DNA of 64,000 nt. Origin: Candidatus Eiseniibacteriota bacterium. Lineage in GTDB: Bacteria; Eisenbacteria; RBG-16-71-46. Shown here piece by piece: positions 33,605-42,834 of this stretch; positions within the stretch are counted from its first letter, which is position 1; the number at the start of each line of letters is the position of its first letter. Location: positions 192,001-256,000 of the forward strand of contig CAVUWA010000005.1 in the NCBI GenBank assembly GCA_963744995.1. The letters run 5' to 3'. Under the pieces are notes generated by a model. That model saw only the letters and a list, made by a program, of their open reading frames with translations. It was not told where the DNA came from and searched no databases. The position numbers were made by a program, and so were the translations under genes.

Positions 33605-34351
33605 CTAGTGATACAGCGCCTTCACCCGCCCCCACGACATGCCGCTCACCGGCGTGCTCCCCATGGTGTAGACGGCGATGTTGTCGGCGCCCGCGAAGCG
33701 ATCGTTCGCAGAGGTCGCGAACACGTTGATACGGCCGATGTCGTCCCCACCCGTCGTCACGACGCCGACGATCGTCGTGGGATTCGTGAACCCCGCGACA
33801 GGAATGTCCTGCACCGAACCCAGCAGGGCGTTCGCCGAATCGTACACGCGGATGGTGGCCGTGCCTGCATTCCCGGTGCCGACCTGATCGAAGACGAGTG
33901 GCGTGAAGCTCACCGCTTGCGTCCCGGCAATGGCGAAGATCATGTCGAAGCTCGTGTCGATGTAGTCGCTGCTGACCTGATCGTCAGGGGTTCCCAGGAA
34001 ACCCGCGGATGCGGCAGCCAGGCCTCCTCCCGGCGAAAGGACCGTCGGATTCCCGCCGAGGGTGTTGGACTGGACCGTCATCCCGGTGGCGGGGTTGGTC
34101 CCGTTGGGAAACGGCCCGTTCGATACGCCGGGCTCGAGCGGGTCGTCGAAGTGGATCCCCTGGCCATCCGGCAGGGTGCTCGAGGACCAGTCCTCCATGC
34201 CCGCAAGGACGAGCCCGGACGTTGCGGCGTCGAAGCCGGCCTGGGTGTCGACGTAGAACATGACCCCGGCACGCGAAGGGCCCGGGACGAGCGTCAGGAT
34301 GGACAGTGTGGCGACTGCTGCGAGAGCGGTGCGTCGTAGCGGTGTGCGCAT
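33605..34351 (-). CDS. Secreted protein with C-terminal SWGRVKALYH tail
   Basis: Signal peptide MRTPLRRTALAAV...SRA; GAGGAG RBS; tail TPVSGMSWGRVKALYH. Confidence 0.8.
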   Translation of the reverse strand: MRTPLRRTALAAVATLSILTLVPGPSRAGVMFYVDTQAGFDAATSGLVLAGMEDWSSSTLPDGQGIHFDDPLEPGVSNGPFPNGTNPATGMTVQSNTLGGNPTVLSPGGGLAAASAGFLGTPDDQVSSDYIDTSFDMIFAIAGTQAVSFTPLVFDQVGTGNAGTATIRVYDSANALLGSVQDIPVAGFTNPTTIVGVVTTGGDDIGRINVFATSANDRFAGADNIAVYTMGSTPVSGMSWGRVKALYH

Positions 34352-34426
34352 GGCGTACTCCTCTGCCGGAGCCCTCGTCTGAGCGCTCCGCGGGACGAAG
34401 AGGCGGAATTGCCTCTCTCGTATGCG

Positions 34427-34455
34427 CATGCGCAAATCGTGATCGCGCTGTAACC
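34427..34455 (-). promoter_or_regulatory. Putative ECF promoter, copy 2
   Basis: Minus strand GGTTACA-N16-CGCATG, ~75 bp upstream of ATG at 34351. Confidence 0.7.
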
Positions 34456-34611
34456 TTCTCCTGCCCCATCCCTGCCCGGCATGCAGCGCCTGTCGAAAAA
34501 CTCTCTGGCGGAGACCGGCAAGCCTGATCTGGCCCCCGTGTCGGATTCCTCGTCGATGCCGCATCCACGACCGCTGTGCCTGCCGGCAGAAGAAGCGGCG
34601 GAACTCCACTC

Positions 34612-35730
34612 TCACGGAAGCAGGATGATCCTCCGTTCCTGCGCCCGATCCCGTTCCCGTGCGCGGATCATGTACACACCCGCTGCCACGCGTTGACCGC
34701 GATCATCGTTCCCATCCCAGGAGAACGCGTATCGACCGGCATCCCGCGGGCCGTCGGCGAGTGTGACCACCCGCCGTCCCGTCAGGTCGTACACATCGAC
34801 CCGCAACGCTTCGGAGACCGTAGGCACATCGACGGAGAGACTGGTCGAGGACCGGAACGGATTGGGGCTGGGAGGCGTCAGTGCGAACCGCGTCGGTGCT
34901 GACCCCGTGGGGACGTCCACGAGGTCAGACGGGTAATAGATCGCCGCGCTCGACGCGATGTTCAGGTCGTCCACTGAGTTGAACTGGAAACTGATGGCCA
35001 GTGGCCGCGGATCGTCCGTGTAGAAGAAGGGTGTCCCGTTCGCGATTCCGCCATAGTGGGCTCCTGCAGGCAGCGGCTCCTGCGAGAACACCGCGTCCAG
35101 ATCGGCGAGAATGTCGTTGGTCATGGTCGCGCTCGTGAACGAGGCGTTGCCGAACACGGAGAACCCGTCGATATCCACCCTCACCGTTAGATCGCCGATG
35201 CCGCCGGCGGGACTCGGCACACCGTTGATGTCCGAGAGGTAGATGATGACCACACCACCACCCGGGCAATAGGGGCACGGGGGCGGCACGGCACCTACCG
35301 GCAGGATAGGCGTCGTACCAGGTGGCAGCGGGCAGGGATTCGGGAGCTCCATCGACAACCCCAGGGCCCACGAGGCAGTGAAGGTGCCGCTCACCGCAGT
35401 GGCGACGGTCACGGTGTTTCCCGAGACGGTCGCGTCGTTCACGAATTCACCGAACAGATTCATCGTATTGCGCATCCCCGCGACCACGGTGCTGCCGCTG
35501 ATACCGGAGCCGAATTCTTCATCGTATGAGCTGGATTCCCCACTCGCCGTCGAAAGGTACCAACGCGCAGCTGAGGCGTAGCTGACGCTTCCAGACGGAG
35601 GAGTCGACGTGATCTTGACGCTGGGGTTGTCATTCGCAGAACTGCTGCTGGGAGCGCAGAGTGGGCCCACCAGCATGCCCATCACCAGCCAACGGGCGAG
35701 TCGGTCTGTCGTGCCGTTCGTGAATCTCAT
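34612..35730 (-). CDS. Secreted protein with FlgD-Ig C-terminal domain
   Basis: Signal-like N-terminus; PNPF...YDLTGRRV...WDGNDDRG...GVYMIR tail; Pro/Cys-rich insert. Confidence 0.78.
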   Translation of the reverse strand: MRFTNGTTDRLARWLVMGMLVGPLCAPSSSSANDNPSVKITSTPPSGSVSYASAARWYLSTASGESSSYDEEFGSGISGSTVVAGMRNTMNLFGEFVNDATVSGNTVTVATAVSGTFTASWALGLSMELPNPCPLPPGTTPILPVGAVPPPCPYCPGGGVVIIYLSDINGVPSPAGGIGDLTVRVDIDGFSVFGNASFTSATMTNDILADLDAVFSQEPLPAGAHYGGIANGTPFFYTDDPRPLAISFQFNSVDDLNIASSAAIYYPSDLVDVPTGSAPTRFALTPPSPNPFRSSTSLSVDVPTVSEALRVDVYDLTGRRVVTLADGPRDAGRYAFSWDGNDDRGQRVAAGVYMIRARERDRAQERRIILLP

Positions 35731-36013
35731 CTTTCCCCTCCTGGCTTGGTCCTGTGTGATCGCCAGAGTGACTCGTCTCCACTGCGCCGTGAGGCATCGC
35801 CCGGTCTGGACCCCCACCGTGCGGTGCGATGTCGGCCGCCGGCAGCTGCAATGCCGACCGACCTCCTGCGCCCGCCGGGGTGGTCTGCCGACTTCGAACA
35901 GCGAAGTCCCAACGATCGGTGAGCAGGGCCTCATGCACGCCAACTGCCCAATGGCGCGCGACGCTCAAGCCGAACAGGCCTTGGCCGACTCATGTCCCGC
36001 ACCGCTACTCGTT

Positions 36014-36042
36014 CATGCGAGATTCGGTACCTGTCTGTAACC
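36014..36042 (-). promoter_or_regulatory. Putative ECF promoter, copy 3
   Basis: Minus strand GGTTACA-N16-CGCATG; flanks also resemble copy 1. Confidence 0.7.
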
Positions 36043-36331
36043 CGGGGCAGAGCGAGGAGTGACTGGAAGCCGGCAGGTGCCGAGCAACAAGTCGTTCCCG
36101 GATCGGCAACTGCGTGCGAGCGAGTCGTTCGCACGGCATGTGCCTGTTCCGGGGGACGTGTTCTCCTCCTCGTTCGCTGCAGGCAGCCGGGACGCCGGAT
36201 GGATCACCAACGACGTCGGCGCGAGAGATCCCCGACGGCATTCCAGGAGCTGCCCGGGCTCGCACTTCCGTGCCCCGGTTTGCCCTTCATCTCCTGCAGG
36301 CGAGATCAACGGACCAACACGCAATAAAGAA

Positions 36332-36650
36332 ATGGCGGAGGAGGTCCGTCGCGGAGCGGTGGCCGCGTAACAGGTCACCCGATCGCGCGTTAGCCGTGAG
36401 CGGGTTCGATCGCGCGCATCCCTCAGGCAGGCGAAATCGATCGGCGCGCCGCGACCGATCGCATCTTCGAGCTCGCCTACGGCGAGTTGCGGCGTCTCGG
36501 ATCCCGCCTGATGCGTGCCGAGCGCTCCGATCACACCCGGCGCCCGACGGCGCTCGTCCACGAAGCCTGCGTGCGACTCGCCGACAGCCCGGCGATCGAC
36601 TGGCAGGGCCGGGCTCACTTCTTCGCGATCGCCGCAGGCGCCATTCGCGT
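36332..36650 (+). pseudogene. Truncated ECF43-like sigma factor remnant
   Basis: RIFELAYGELRRLGSRLMRAERSDHTRRPTALVHEACVRLADSPAIDWQGRAHFFAIAAGAIR aligns with the N-half of 29934-30533; TAA at 36368, frame change ~36440, region 4 absent; 5' end uncertain. Confidence 0.8.
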
Positions 36651-36703
36651 GCCCTGCAGTGATGCAGCCGCTATACTGCCCCTCCGATCCGGGGGAGTCG
36701 CCA

Positions 36704-38146
36704 ATGGCCCATCTCCAGGAAGTGCGCGTGGGGGTACGCCCCCTCGAACAGTTCCGCTCACTCGTTCCCGCACGGCAGATGCGCAGCGCCATGAAGCTCG
36801 TGCTGCGCGTGCGGGACCGCTTTGCGAAGCGCGTGTTCTGGAACGTGAACTCGACGGCCGTGGGCGGAGGCGTCGCCGAGATGCTGCCCTCGCTGCTGGC
36901 CTACGCCCGCAGCATCGGCGTCGACACGCGCTGGCTGGTGATCGAGGGCGATCCCGAATTCTTCCACGTCACCAAGCGCATCCACCACGCGCTGCACGGC
37001 TCGGCGGGAGACGGCACGCCCCTGGACGAACACGCCCGGAAGGTCTACGAGAGGACGCTGCGCCGCAACGCTCCGGACCTGATCGCCCTCCTGCGTCCGG
37101 GTGACGTCGTGCTGCTCCACGACCCGCAGACCGTGGGCCTCGCGCAGGCCCTCCTCGACGCCGGCGCCCACGTGGTCTGGCGCTGCCACATCGGCATCGA
37201 CGAGCCCAACGACGAGGCCGCAGCCGGCTGGGAGTTCCTGCGCAGGTATCTGGAGCCCATCCCGCTCTACGTGTTCACACGCGAGACCTACGTGCCCGGC
37301 TTCTGCGACCATGGGAAGACGGTGGTGATCCGCCCGAGTATCGACGCCTTCTCGGCCAAGAACCAGGATCTCGACGAGACGGCCGTACGCACGATCCTGG
37401 TGCACACCGGGCTCGTGGAGGGCCCGCCACCGGCTCAGCCCGACCATGGCTTCCTGCGAGACGACGGATCCCCCGGGCGCGTGGAGCGTCGCGCCGAGGT
37501 GGTGCGTCTGGGGCGTCCGCCGAAGTGGGATACGCCGCTCATCGTACAGGTCTCGCGCTGGGATCCCCTCAAGGACATGAAGGGCGTGCTGCTCGGCTTT
37601 GCGAAGCTCTGCCAGTCGACCTGTCCTGTGCATCCCGAACTGGTGCTGGCCGGACCCAACGTGAAGGGTGTCACCGACGATCCGGAGGGCGCCTCCGTCT
37701 TCGCGGACGTCGAGGAAACCTGGCGCGCGCTGCCAGACGCGATTCGTGACCGCGCACACCTGGCATCGTTGCCCACCGACGACGTGCAGGAGAACGCGGC
37801 CATGGTGAATGCGCTTCAGCGCCACGCCACGGTGGTCGTCCAGAAGAGCCTGCGCGAGGGCTTCGGCCTCACGGTGACCGAGGCGATGTGGAAGGCTCGC
37901 CCGGTGGTAGCCAGTGCCGTGGGTGGCATCCGGGACCAGATCGAGGACGGTGTGAACGGCGTGCTGATCCACGACCCGCGTGACCTCGACGCCTTCGCCG
38001 CGCGGCTATGCGAGCTGATCTCCGATCCGGAGGCACTGACGCGTCTGGGTGCCGCCGCCCGGAAGCGGGCGCGCAGCGAATTCCTCGGCCTCGATCATCT
38101 GCTCCAGTACGCGAAGCTCATCGAGCGCATCGACGGCGATGGCTGA
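36704..38146 (+). CDS. GT4 glycosyltransferase, trehalose synthase (TreT)-like
   Basis: VNSTAVGGGVAEML, HDPQ, WRCHI, QVSRWDPLKD, QKSLREGFGLTVTEAMWK. Confidence 0.88.
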   Translation: MAHLQEVRVGVRPLEQFRSLVPARQMRSAMKLVLRVRDRFAKRVFWNVNSTAVGGGVAEMLPSLLAYARSIGVDTRWLVIEGDPEFFHVTKRIHHALHGSAGDGTPLDEHARKVYERTLRRNAPDLIALLRPGDVVLLHDPQTVGLAQALLDAGAHVVWRCHIGIDEPNDEAAAGWEFLRRYLEPIPLYVFTRETYVPGFCDHGKTVVIRPSIDAFSAKNQDLDETAVRTILVHTGLVEGPPPAQPDHGFLRDDGSPGRVERRAEVVRLGRPPKWDTPLIVQVSRWDPLKDMKGVLLGFAKLCQSTCPVHPELVLAGPNVKGVTDDPEGASVFADVEETWRALPDAIRDRAHLASLPTDDVQENAAMVNALQRHATVVVQKSLREGFGLTVTEAMWKARPVVASAVGGIRDQIEDGVNGVLIHDPRDLDAFAARLCELISDPEALTRLGAAARKRARSEFLGLDHLLQYAKLIERIDGDG

Positions 38147-38212
38147 ATCGAGCGGACGACGCGACGCCGCGCCTGCGCGCGCGGCACGGTGAGCGGGACG
38201 CCACGCGACACG

Positions 38213-38623
38213 TTACGGAATGACGAGATCGAGATTCAGCTGCCCCGGCGGTCCGTCTTCATCACATCCGCCGACGAACTCAACTTCGCCTTGCACGGTC
38301 GTGCCGGAACTCACCTCGGTCGCACGCACGCATCGGGGTCCTCTCGAATTACCGAGCCCCAGCTGGGCCGTGTAATCCCCGCTGGCGTCGGTGGTGACTC
38401 GCTTCGGGCGAGTCCAATCCTCGGCCCCGTCGCACGCCCCCTCCGCAGCCACCTCCACGTCGACTGCAGCGTCGGCGATGGCGGAACCAGACGCATCCAT
38501 CACGCGTCCCGAAACAACGGCGTGTGCTGTCCAGAGGTCGCACGGGCTGGTGGGATGCTTGGCGCACCCTGCAACGAACAGGCAAGTACTGAGGAGAGCA
38601 GCGCATACGCGAGTACAATGCAC
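38213..38623 (-). CDS. Small lipoprotein with carboxypeptidase-regulatory/Ig-like domain
   Basis: VAGC lipobox; VSGRVMDASG, TTDASGDY; AAGGAG RBS before GTG. Confidence 0.65.
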   Translation of the reverse strand: MHCTRVCAALLSTCLFVAGCAKHPTSPCDLWTAHAVVSGRVMDASGSAIADAAVDVEVAAEGACDGAEDWTRPKRVTTDASGDYTAQLGLGNSRGPRCVRATEVSSGTTVQGEVEFVGGCDEDGPPGQLNLDLVIP

Positions 38624-38748
38624 GGCCTGCTCCTTTCTGTCTCCCGGCTCTTCTTCGAGGCCCGGCCTGCCGTCCCGTAGTCTAACCCACCTCGTCGGTC
38701 CGCAGCCCTGACCAATGATGATTTTGCGCACGGTGCATCACCGCAACA

Positions 38749-38788
38749 TGCTGCGAGCAGGGCTCGAACCTGCACGGAGTCCCCCTCA
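38749..38788 (-). repeat. Degenerate copy of tRNA-Leu 3' half
   Basis: 33/40 identity by eye to 44488-44527, including TCGAACCTGCACGG. Confidence 0.8.
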
Positions 38789-38867
38789 TGGCTATTGAGA
38801 TCGAGCAGCAGGGCGGAGTGCCGGACTCACGCGGCTACCTTCGGCAACAGGTGTGCACACTTGCCCG

Positions 38868-38966
38868 CGCGATGACCTTGGTCGAGTCACCCCGCCCGGC
38901 TTGTACTGGTATCAACTCGCCATCGGCGGCCGAACGGAGGTGAGACATCTGGTCGTAGCCCGATGA
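38868..38966 (+). pseudogene. Orphan 3' fragment of an FlgD-Ig/CTD secreted-protein gene
   Basis: Translates RDDLGRVTPPGLYWYQLAIGGRTEVRHLVVAR*, matching the C-termini of the intact CTD proteins in this window; no upstream ORF. Confidence 0.65.
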
Positions 38967-39067
38967 GCGCCGGGAGCATCGTCCGGCGGCCGTCTTGCTG
39001 GAATACGCCACGCCGGGCTTTCCGTCAGCGCCACGAAGAGCGTCAGACCGCGGCCTGTTGATTCTAT

Positions 39068-39117
39068 GGGTGCCGGGAGCAGTGCTCGAACTTGCACGGG
39101 GTTTGACCCAGCGGGTT
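39068..39117 (-). repeat. Degenerate copy of tRNA-Leu 3' half
   Basis: 43/50 identity by eye to 44485-44534, extending to the anticodon arm. Confidence 0.9.
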
Positions 39118-39440
39118 CCGAGGTCGAGACGGGGGACGGACTGAGGGACCCACGCGGCTACCATCAGCAACAAGCGAGGGCGCGCCCGGGCCGCGGGCGC
39201 CCCAGTTTGTTCTTGCCGAGCGAGATGGCCGGAGCCGATAATTTCGTGGCGTTGTGGGATTTCGCGGTCCGTTGGGCCCGACCGGGACGATGGGCGCCGC
39301 CGGTCCGGACAGGGGCTCGCGTTCCCGTGCACGCCTCCCGGGATCCGCGCGGCTCCGGGTGACCGAAGCGCGTGCGGTTTCCTCCCCTGCGGAGAGGGTC
39401 GTGCGCACGGCTCCCGGCGCCACGACAGGGTGGATCCCAC

Positions 39441-42400
39441 GTGCGCAACTCGGCTGCATCGCCCGCTCGACGTCTCCCACGCTTCCGCTCCTCGCTCTTC
39501 GCTGCGCTGCTGCTGGCCTTGCTGCTGCCCGGATGGGGCGGCGCTCGGGCAGCGACGCCCGAGCGCGGCCAGGCCGACGCGACCCACGTGCCAGGTGAGC
39601 GGGTCAGCGCTTCGCGCAAGGCGGTCGTGAACTTCCGGGAGCTGGCGCGGCGAGAAGCCCTCGGGCTCGTCCACAGGCCGCCGGTGCGCGCAAGGCTGCT
39701 CCCCGAGCTCTTCGAGGAGGAGGAAGGCGAGCCCGGAGCCGCGGTGACCGGCGCCCCGGCGCAGGCGCCGCTCCTGCCCGCGTCGCCGATGGCCGTCCAG
39801 CTCGCGTCGCCGGCGCCGAGCGCCAGCTTCATGGGACTCGACGACATCCCGATGGTGGACTCGAGCTACATCGTGATCCCACCCGACGTGGGCGGCGCGG
39901 TCGGGCAGACGAAGATCCTCGAGGGTCTCAACAACAACTATCGGGCCCTCGACAAGGCAACCGGCGCGACGCTGAGCACCGTCGGCACCGCCACGTTCTG
40001 GGCCGCGACGGGTGCGCCGCTCGACGCGCTGACCGATCCGCGCACGGTGTACGACCCTTACAACGACCGCTGGATCGCGGTGATGCAGACATTCGAGAGC
40101 AGCGCCAGCATCCTCGTGGGCGTCTCGCAGACGAGCGACCCGGAGGGCGCCTGGTACCTGTACCGCTTCGACACAGGCGTCTCGATCGACTTCCCGAACC
40201 TGGGTTTCAACAAGAACTGGATCGTGGTCTCGATCAACCGCTACAGCCCGGGCGGCACGTTCCAGCGCGGTATCACCCTGGTCGTGGACTACCCGCAGGC
40301 ACGCGCCGGCACCGGCGTCGGCACGATCTTCACGCAGTCCGCCAACTCGCACTTCTGCAGCTCGCCGTGCGTCACCTATTCCGCCACGGCGGACACCGAG
40401 TACGTCGTGACGCACCTGAGCAGCGCGAACGCGACCTACGTGCTCGACTACATCACCGGCACGCCCTCGTCGCCGACCTACGTCTCCGGTACCAGCGCCC
40501 TCACGCGCCCCGGTGGTGGCTGGGTGCAGCCGTCCGGGAACCTGCTGCCGCAGTCCGCTCCCGTCGCGGGTTCCAGCGCCTGTGGCGCGACGCCATGCCC
40601 GATCGAGGTGCAGGACGCGCAGGTCCGTTCCGCGCCCGCCTATCGCGACGGCTCGATCTGGTACGCGCAGACCATCGGACTGCCTTCGTCGGGGCTCACG
40701 CACACGGGCGTGCAATGGTCGCGCATCCGCGCGACGGACGGCGCGTTCCTGGAGGGAGGCAGGCTCGAGGATCCGACCGCCACTGCGAGCAACGGCGGGG
40801 CGTGGTACGCCTACCCGCACCTGGCCACGAACGCCGCGGGCGACTTCGTCCTCGGCTTCTCGCGCTTCTCGTCGGCCGACCACCCGTCCGCCGGATACGC
40901 CGTTCACCGCGCGTCCGACGGCAGCGGGTCGCTGCGCGACGCCTATGTATTCCACGCGGGCGAAGACTACTACCACAAGACCTTTACCACGGCGGCGGGC
41001 CGCAACCGCTGGGGCGACTTCAGCACGGCCGCGGTGGACCCCGACGACGTCGGGCTGTGGACGGTCCAGGAATACGCGAAGGCGCGTGTCGGCACGGACG
41101 ACGGCAACGGTGGTGCGAACGGGAGCCGCTGGAGCACCTGGTGGGCCGGCATCGACGTGACGGCACCGACACCCGTCGTGACCCTCGACCCGGGACCGGC
41201 GGCCCCCGAGGGCGACTCGGGCGTGACGCCGTTTACTTTCACCGTCCGGCTCTCGGCCGCCTCGGCGCTGCCCGTGGACGTCACGTTCCACACCGTGGAC
41301 AGCACCGCCACGGTGGCGGACGGCGACTACATGACCCTCGACAGCACGATCACGATCCCCGCCGGCCAGCTGACGGGGAGCTTCGGCGTGCGCGTCCTCG
41401 GCGATACGTTGTGCGAGCCGGACGAGGTGTTCGGCGCCGTGCTGGCCTCGGCGCACAACGCCGTCGTCGGCACCGACTTCCGCGCGGACGCCACGATCCT
41501 CGCGGACGACTCGAAGACGATCGAGGCCACCGCCGGGACGGGAGGGAACATCAGCCCGTCCGGCACGGTGAGCGTCGCGTGCTTCGACTCGGTCCAGTTC
41601 CAGATCACCCCGGACTCCGGCTTCCAGATCGCGGACGTGCTCGTGAACGGAGGCTCGGTCGGGCCGGTGCCCGCCTACACGTTCACGAACGTGACGACGA
41701 GCGGGACGATCCACGCCACGTTCTCGCCGGTCCTCTACACGCTCACCCTGACGAGCCTCGGCGTCGGGAGCCTCACGAAGGCCCCGGACCAGCCCGACTA
41801 CGCGTCGGGTTCGCTCGTGGACGTCACGGCGACACCGGGCGCCGGGTTCGCGTTCGTCGGCTGGAGCGGGGACACGACGGGCAACGACAACCCGCTCACC
41901 GTCCTCATGAACGGGAACAAGAACATCACGGGTCAGTTCGACGACGTCGCGGCTCCTGCCGTGACGGTGCTGTCGCCGAACGGCGGCGAGTCGTTCCCCG
42001 TGGGCTCGATGCAGAGCCTCCAGTGGAACGCGCTCGACAACCAGGTCGTGGCGCGCGTCACCCTGGCGCTCTCGCGCTCGGGACCCGGCGGGCCGTTCGA
42101 CACGCTGGCGGCCGACGTGCCCAACACGGGCCAGTGGGACTGGACCGTCACCGGGTCGGTGACTGCGCAGGCACTCTTACAGGTGACGGCCCGCGACAGC
42201 GCCGGCAACGCCGCCGCAGACACCAGCGATTCGTCGTTCGCAATCAGTACGGTCACCGCCGTAGACGCCACGCCGGTGACGCGGATCGAGCTTTCACCCG
42301 TCGCGCCCAATCCGGTCGTCTCGAGCGGCGCCATCGCGTTCGCGCTGCCCTTTGCCATGCATATCCGCCTGGAGGTGCTCGATGTGCAGGGGCGCCAGGT

Positions 42401-42548
42401 CGCGCTCCTGGCAGACGGCGACCAGCAGGCCGGGCGGTACCGGCAGATCTGGCGGCCCGAGCGCGGGCGGGCCGGCTCGGGCCTCTATTTCGTGCGCCTG
42501 CGGGCCGGCGGCAGAACCCTCGTCCAGCGGGTGGCACTCGTCCGCTGA
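39441..42548 (+). CDS. Large secreted multidomain protein (beta-rich N-domain, Calx-beta, InlB-B-like repeats, Ig, T9SS/FlgD-like CTD)
   Basis: Signal peptide; RWGDFS motif; EGDSG..FTVRLS..DSTAT..GDY..EPDEVF (Calx-beta); FAFVGWSGD; SPNGGE; PNP..GLYFVRL tail. Confidence 0.85.
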   Translation: MRNSAASPARRLPRFRSSLFAALLLALLLPGWGGARAATPERGQADATHVPGERVSASRKAVVNFRELARREALGLVHRPPVRARLLPELFEEEEGEPGAAVTGAPAQAPLLPASPMAVQLASPAPSASFMGLDDIPMVDSSYIVIPPDVGGAVGQTKILEGLNNNYRALDKATGATLSTVGTATFWAATGAPLDALTDPRTVYDPYNDRWIAVMQTFESSASILVGVSQTSDPEGAWYLYRFDTGVSIDFPNLGFNKNWIVVSINRYSPGGTFQRGITLVVDYPQARAGTGVGTIFTQSANSHFCSSPCVTYSATADTEYVVTHLSSANATYVLDYITGTPSSPTYVSGTSALTRPGGGWVQPSGNLLPQSAPVAGSSACGATPCPIEVQDAQVRSAPAYRDGSIWYAQTIGLPSSGLTHTGVQWSRIRATDGAFLEGGRLEDPTATASNGGAWYAYPHLATNAAGDFVLGFSRFSSADHPSAGYAVHRASDGSGSLRDAYVFHAGEDYYHKTFTTAAGRNRWGDFSTAAVDPDDVGLWTVQEYAKARVGTDDGNGGANGSRWSTWWAGIDVTAPTPVVTLDPGPAAPEGDSGVTPFTFTVRLSAASALPVDVTFHTVDSTATVADGDYMTLDSTITIPAGQLTGSFGVRVLGDTLCEPDEVFGAVLASAHNAVVGTDFRADATILADDSKTIEATAGTGGNISPSGTVSVACFDSVQFQITPDSGFQIADVLVNGGSVGPVPAYTFTNVTTSGTIHATFSPVLYTLTLTSLGVGSLTKAPDQPDYASGSLVDVTATPGAGFAFVGWSGDTTGNDNPLTVLMNGNKNITGQFDDVAAPAVTVLSPNGGESFPVGSMQSLQWNALDNQVVARVTLALSRSGPGGPFDTLAADVPNTGQWDWTVTGSVTAQALLQVTARDSAGNAAADTSDSSFAISTVTAVDATPVTRIELSPVAPNPVVSSGAIAFALPFAMHIRLEVLDVQGRQVALLADGDQQAGRYRQIWRPERGRAGSGLYFVRLRAGGRTLVQRVALVR

Positions 42549-42625
42549 CCCCGGCCGCGGTTCACGATCCGGGCACCCGGTCGCAGCGCGACGAGTCATA
42601 CGACCACCCGACGCATTGCACGAAC

Positions 42626-42650
42626 TGGTGCCGGGAACAGAGCTCGAACC
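42626..42650 (-). repeat. Degenerate copy of tRNA-Leu 3' end
   Basis: TGGTGCCGGGAACAGAGCTCGAACC, 22/25 identity to 44485-44509. Confidence 0.8.
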
Positions 42651-42834
42651 CTGCGGGGCACCTGCAGCTCGGTGTGGTGGGAGTGGCTGCGGAACCGCGA
42701 CCTGGATTTTGCTATCAGGCGGCGGCCCAAAGCACGACAATGCCTCCACGGGTCCCCCGGATCGGGAGTGGCGAAGGCCGACAGCGACAAACCGGTTGCC
42801 AACCCACCGCAGAACTCGGCATGGAGTGAGACCC

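Noticed and set aside
38969..38978. GCCGGGAGCA, a further match to the tRNA 3' end
   Set aside because: Only 10 nt in GC-rich DNA; compatible with chance.
38749..39117. tRNA-like copies as functional tRNA genes
   Set aside because: Only 3' halves are present; no D-arm or 5' acceptor strand, and anticodon arms are degraded.
42794..42823. GGTTGCC-N17-GGCATG upstream of the NHL lipoprotein as a fourth ECF promoter
   Set aside because: Three mismatches and altered spacing relative to the three exact copies; possible but unsupported.
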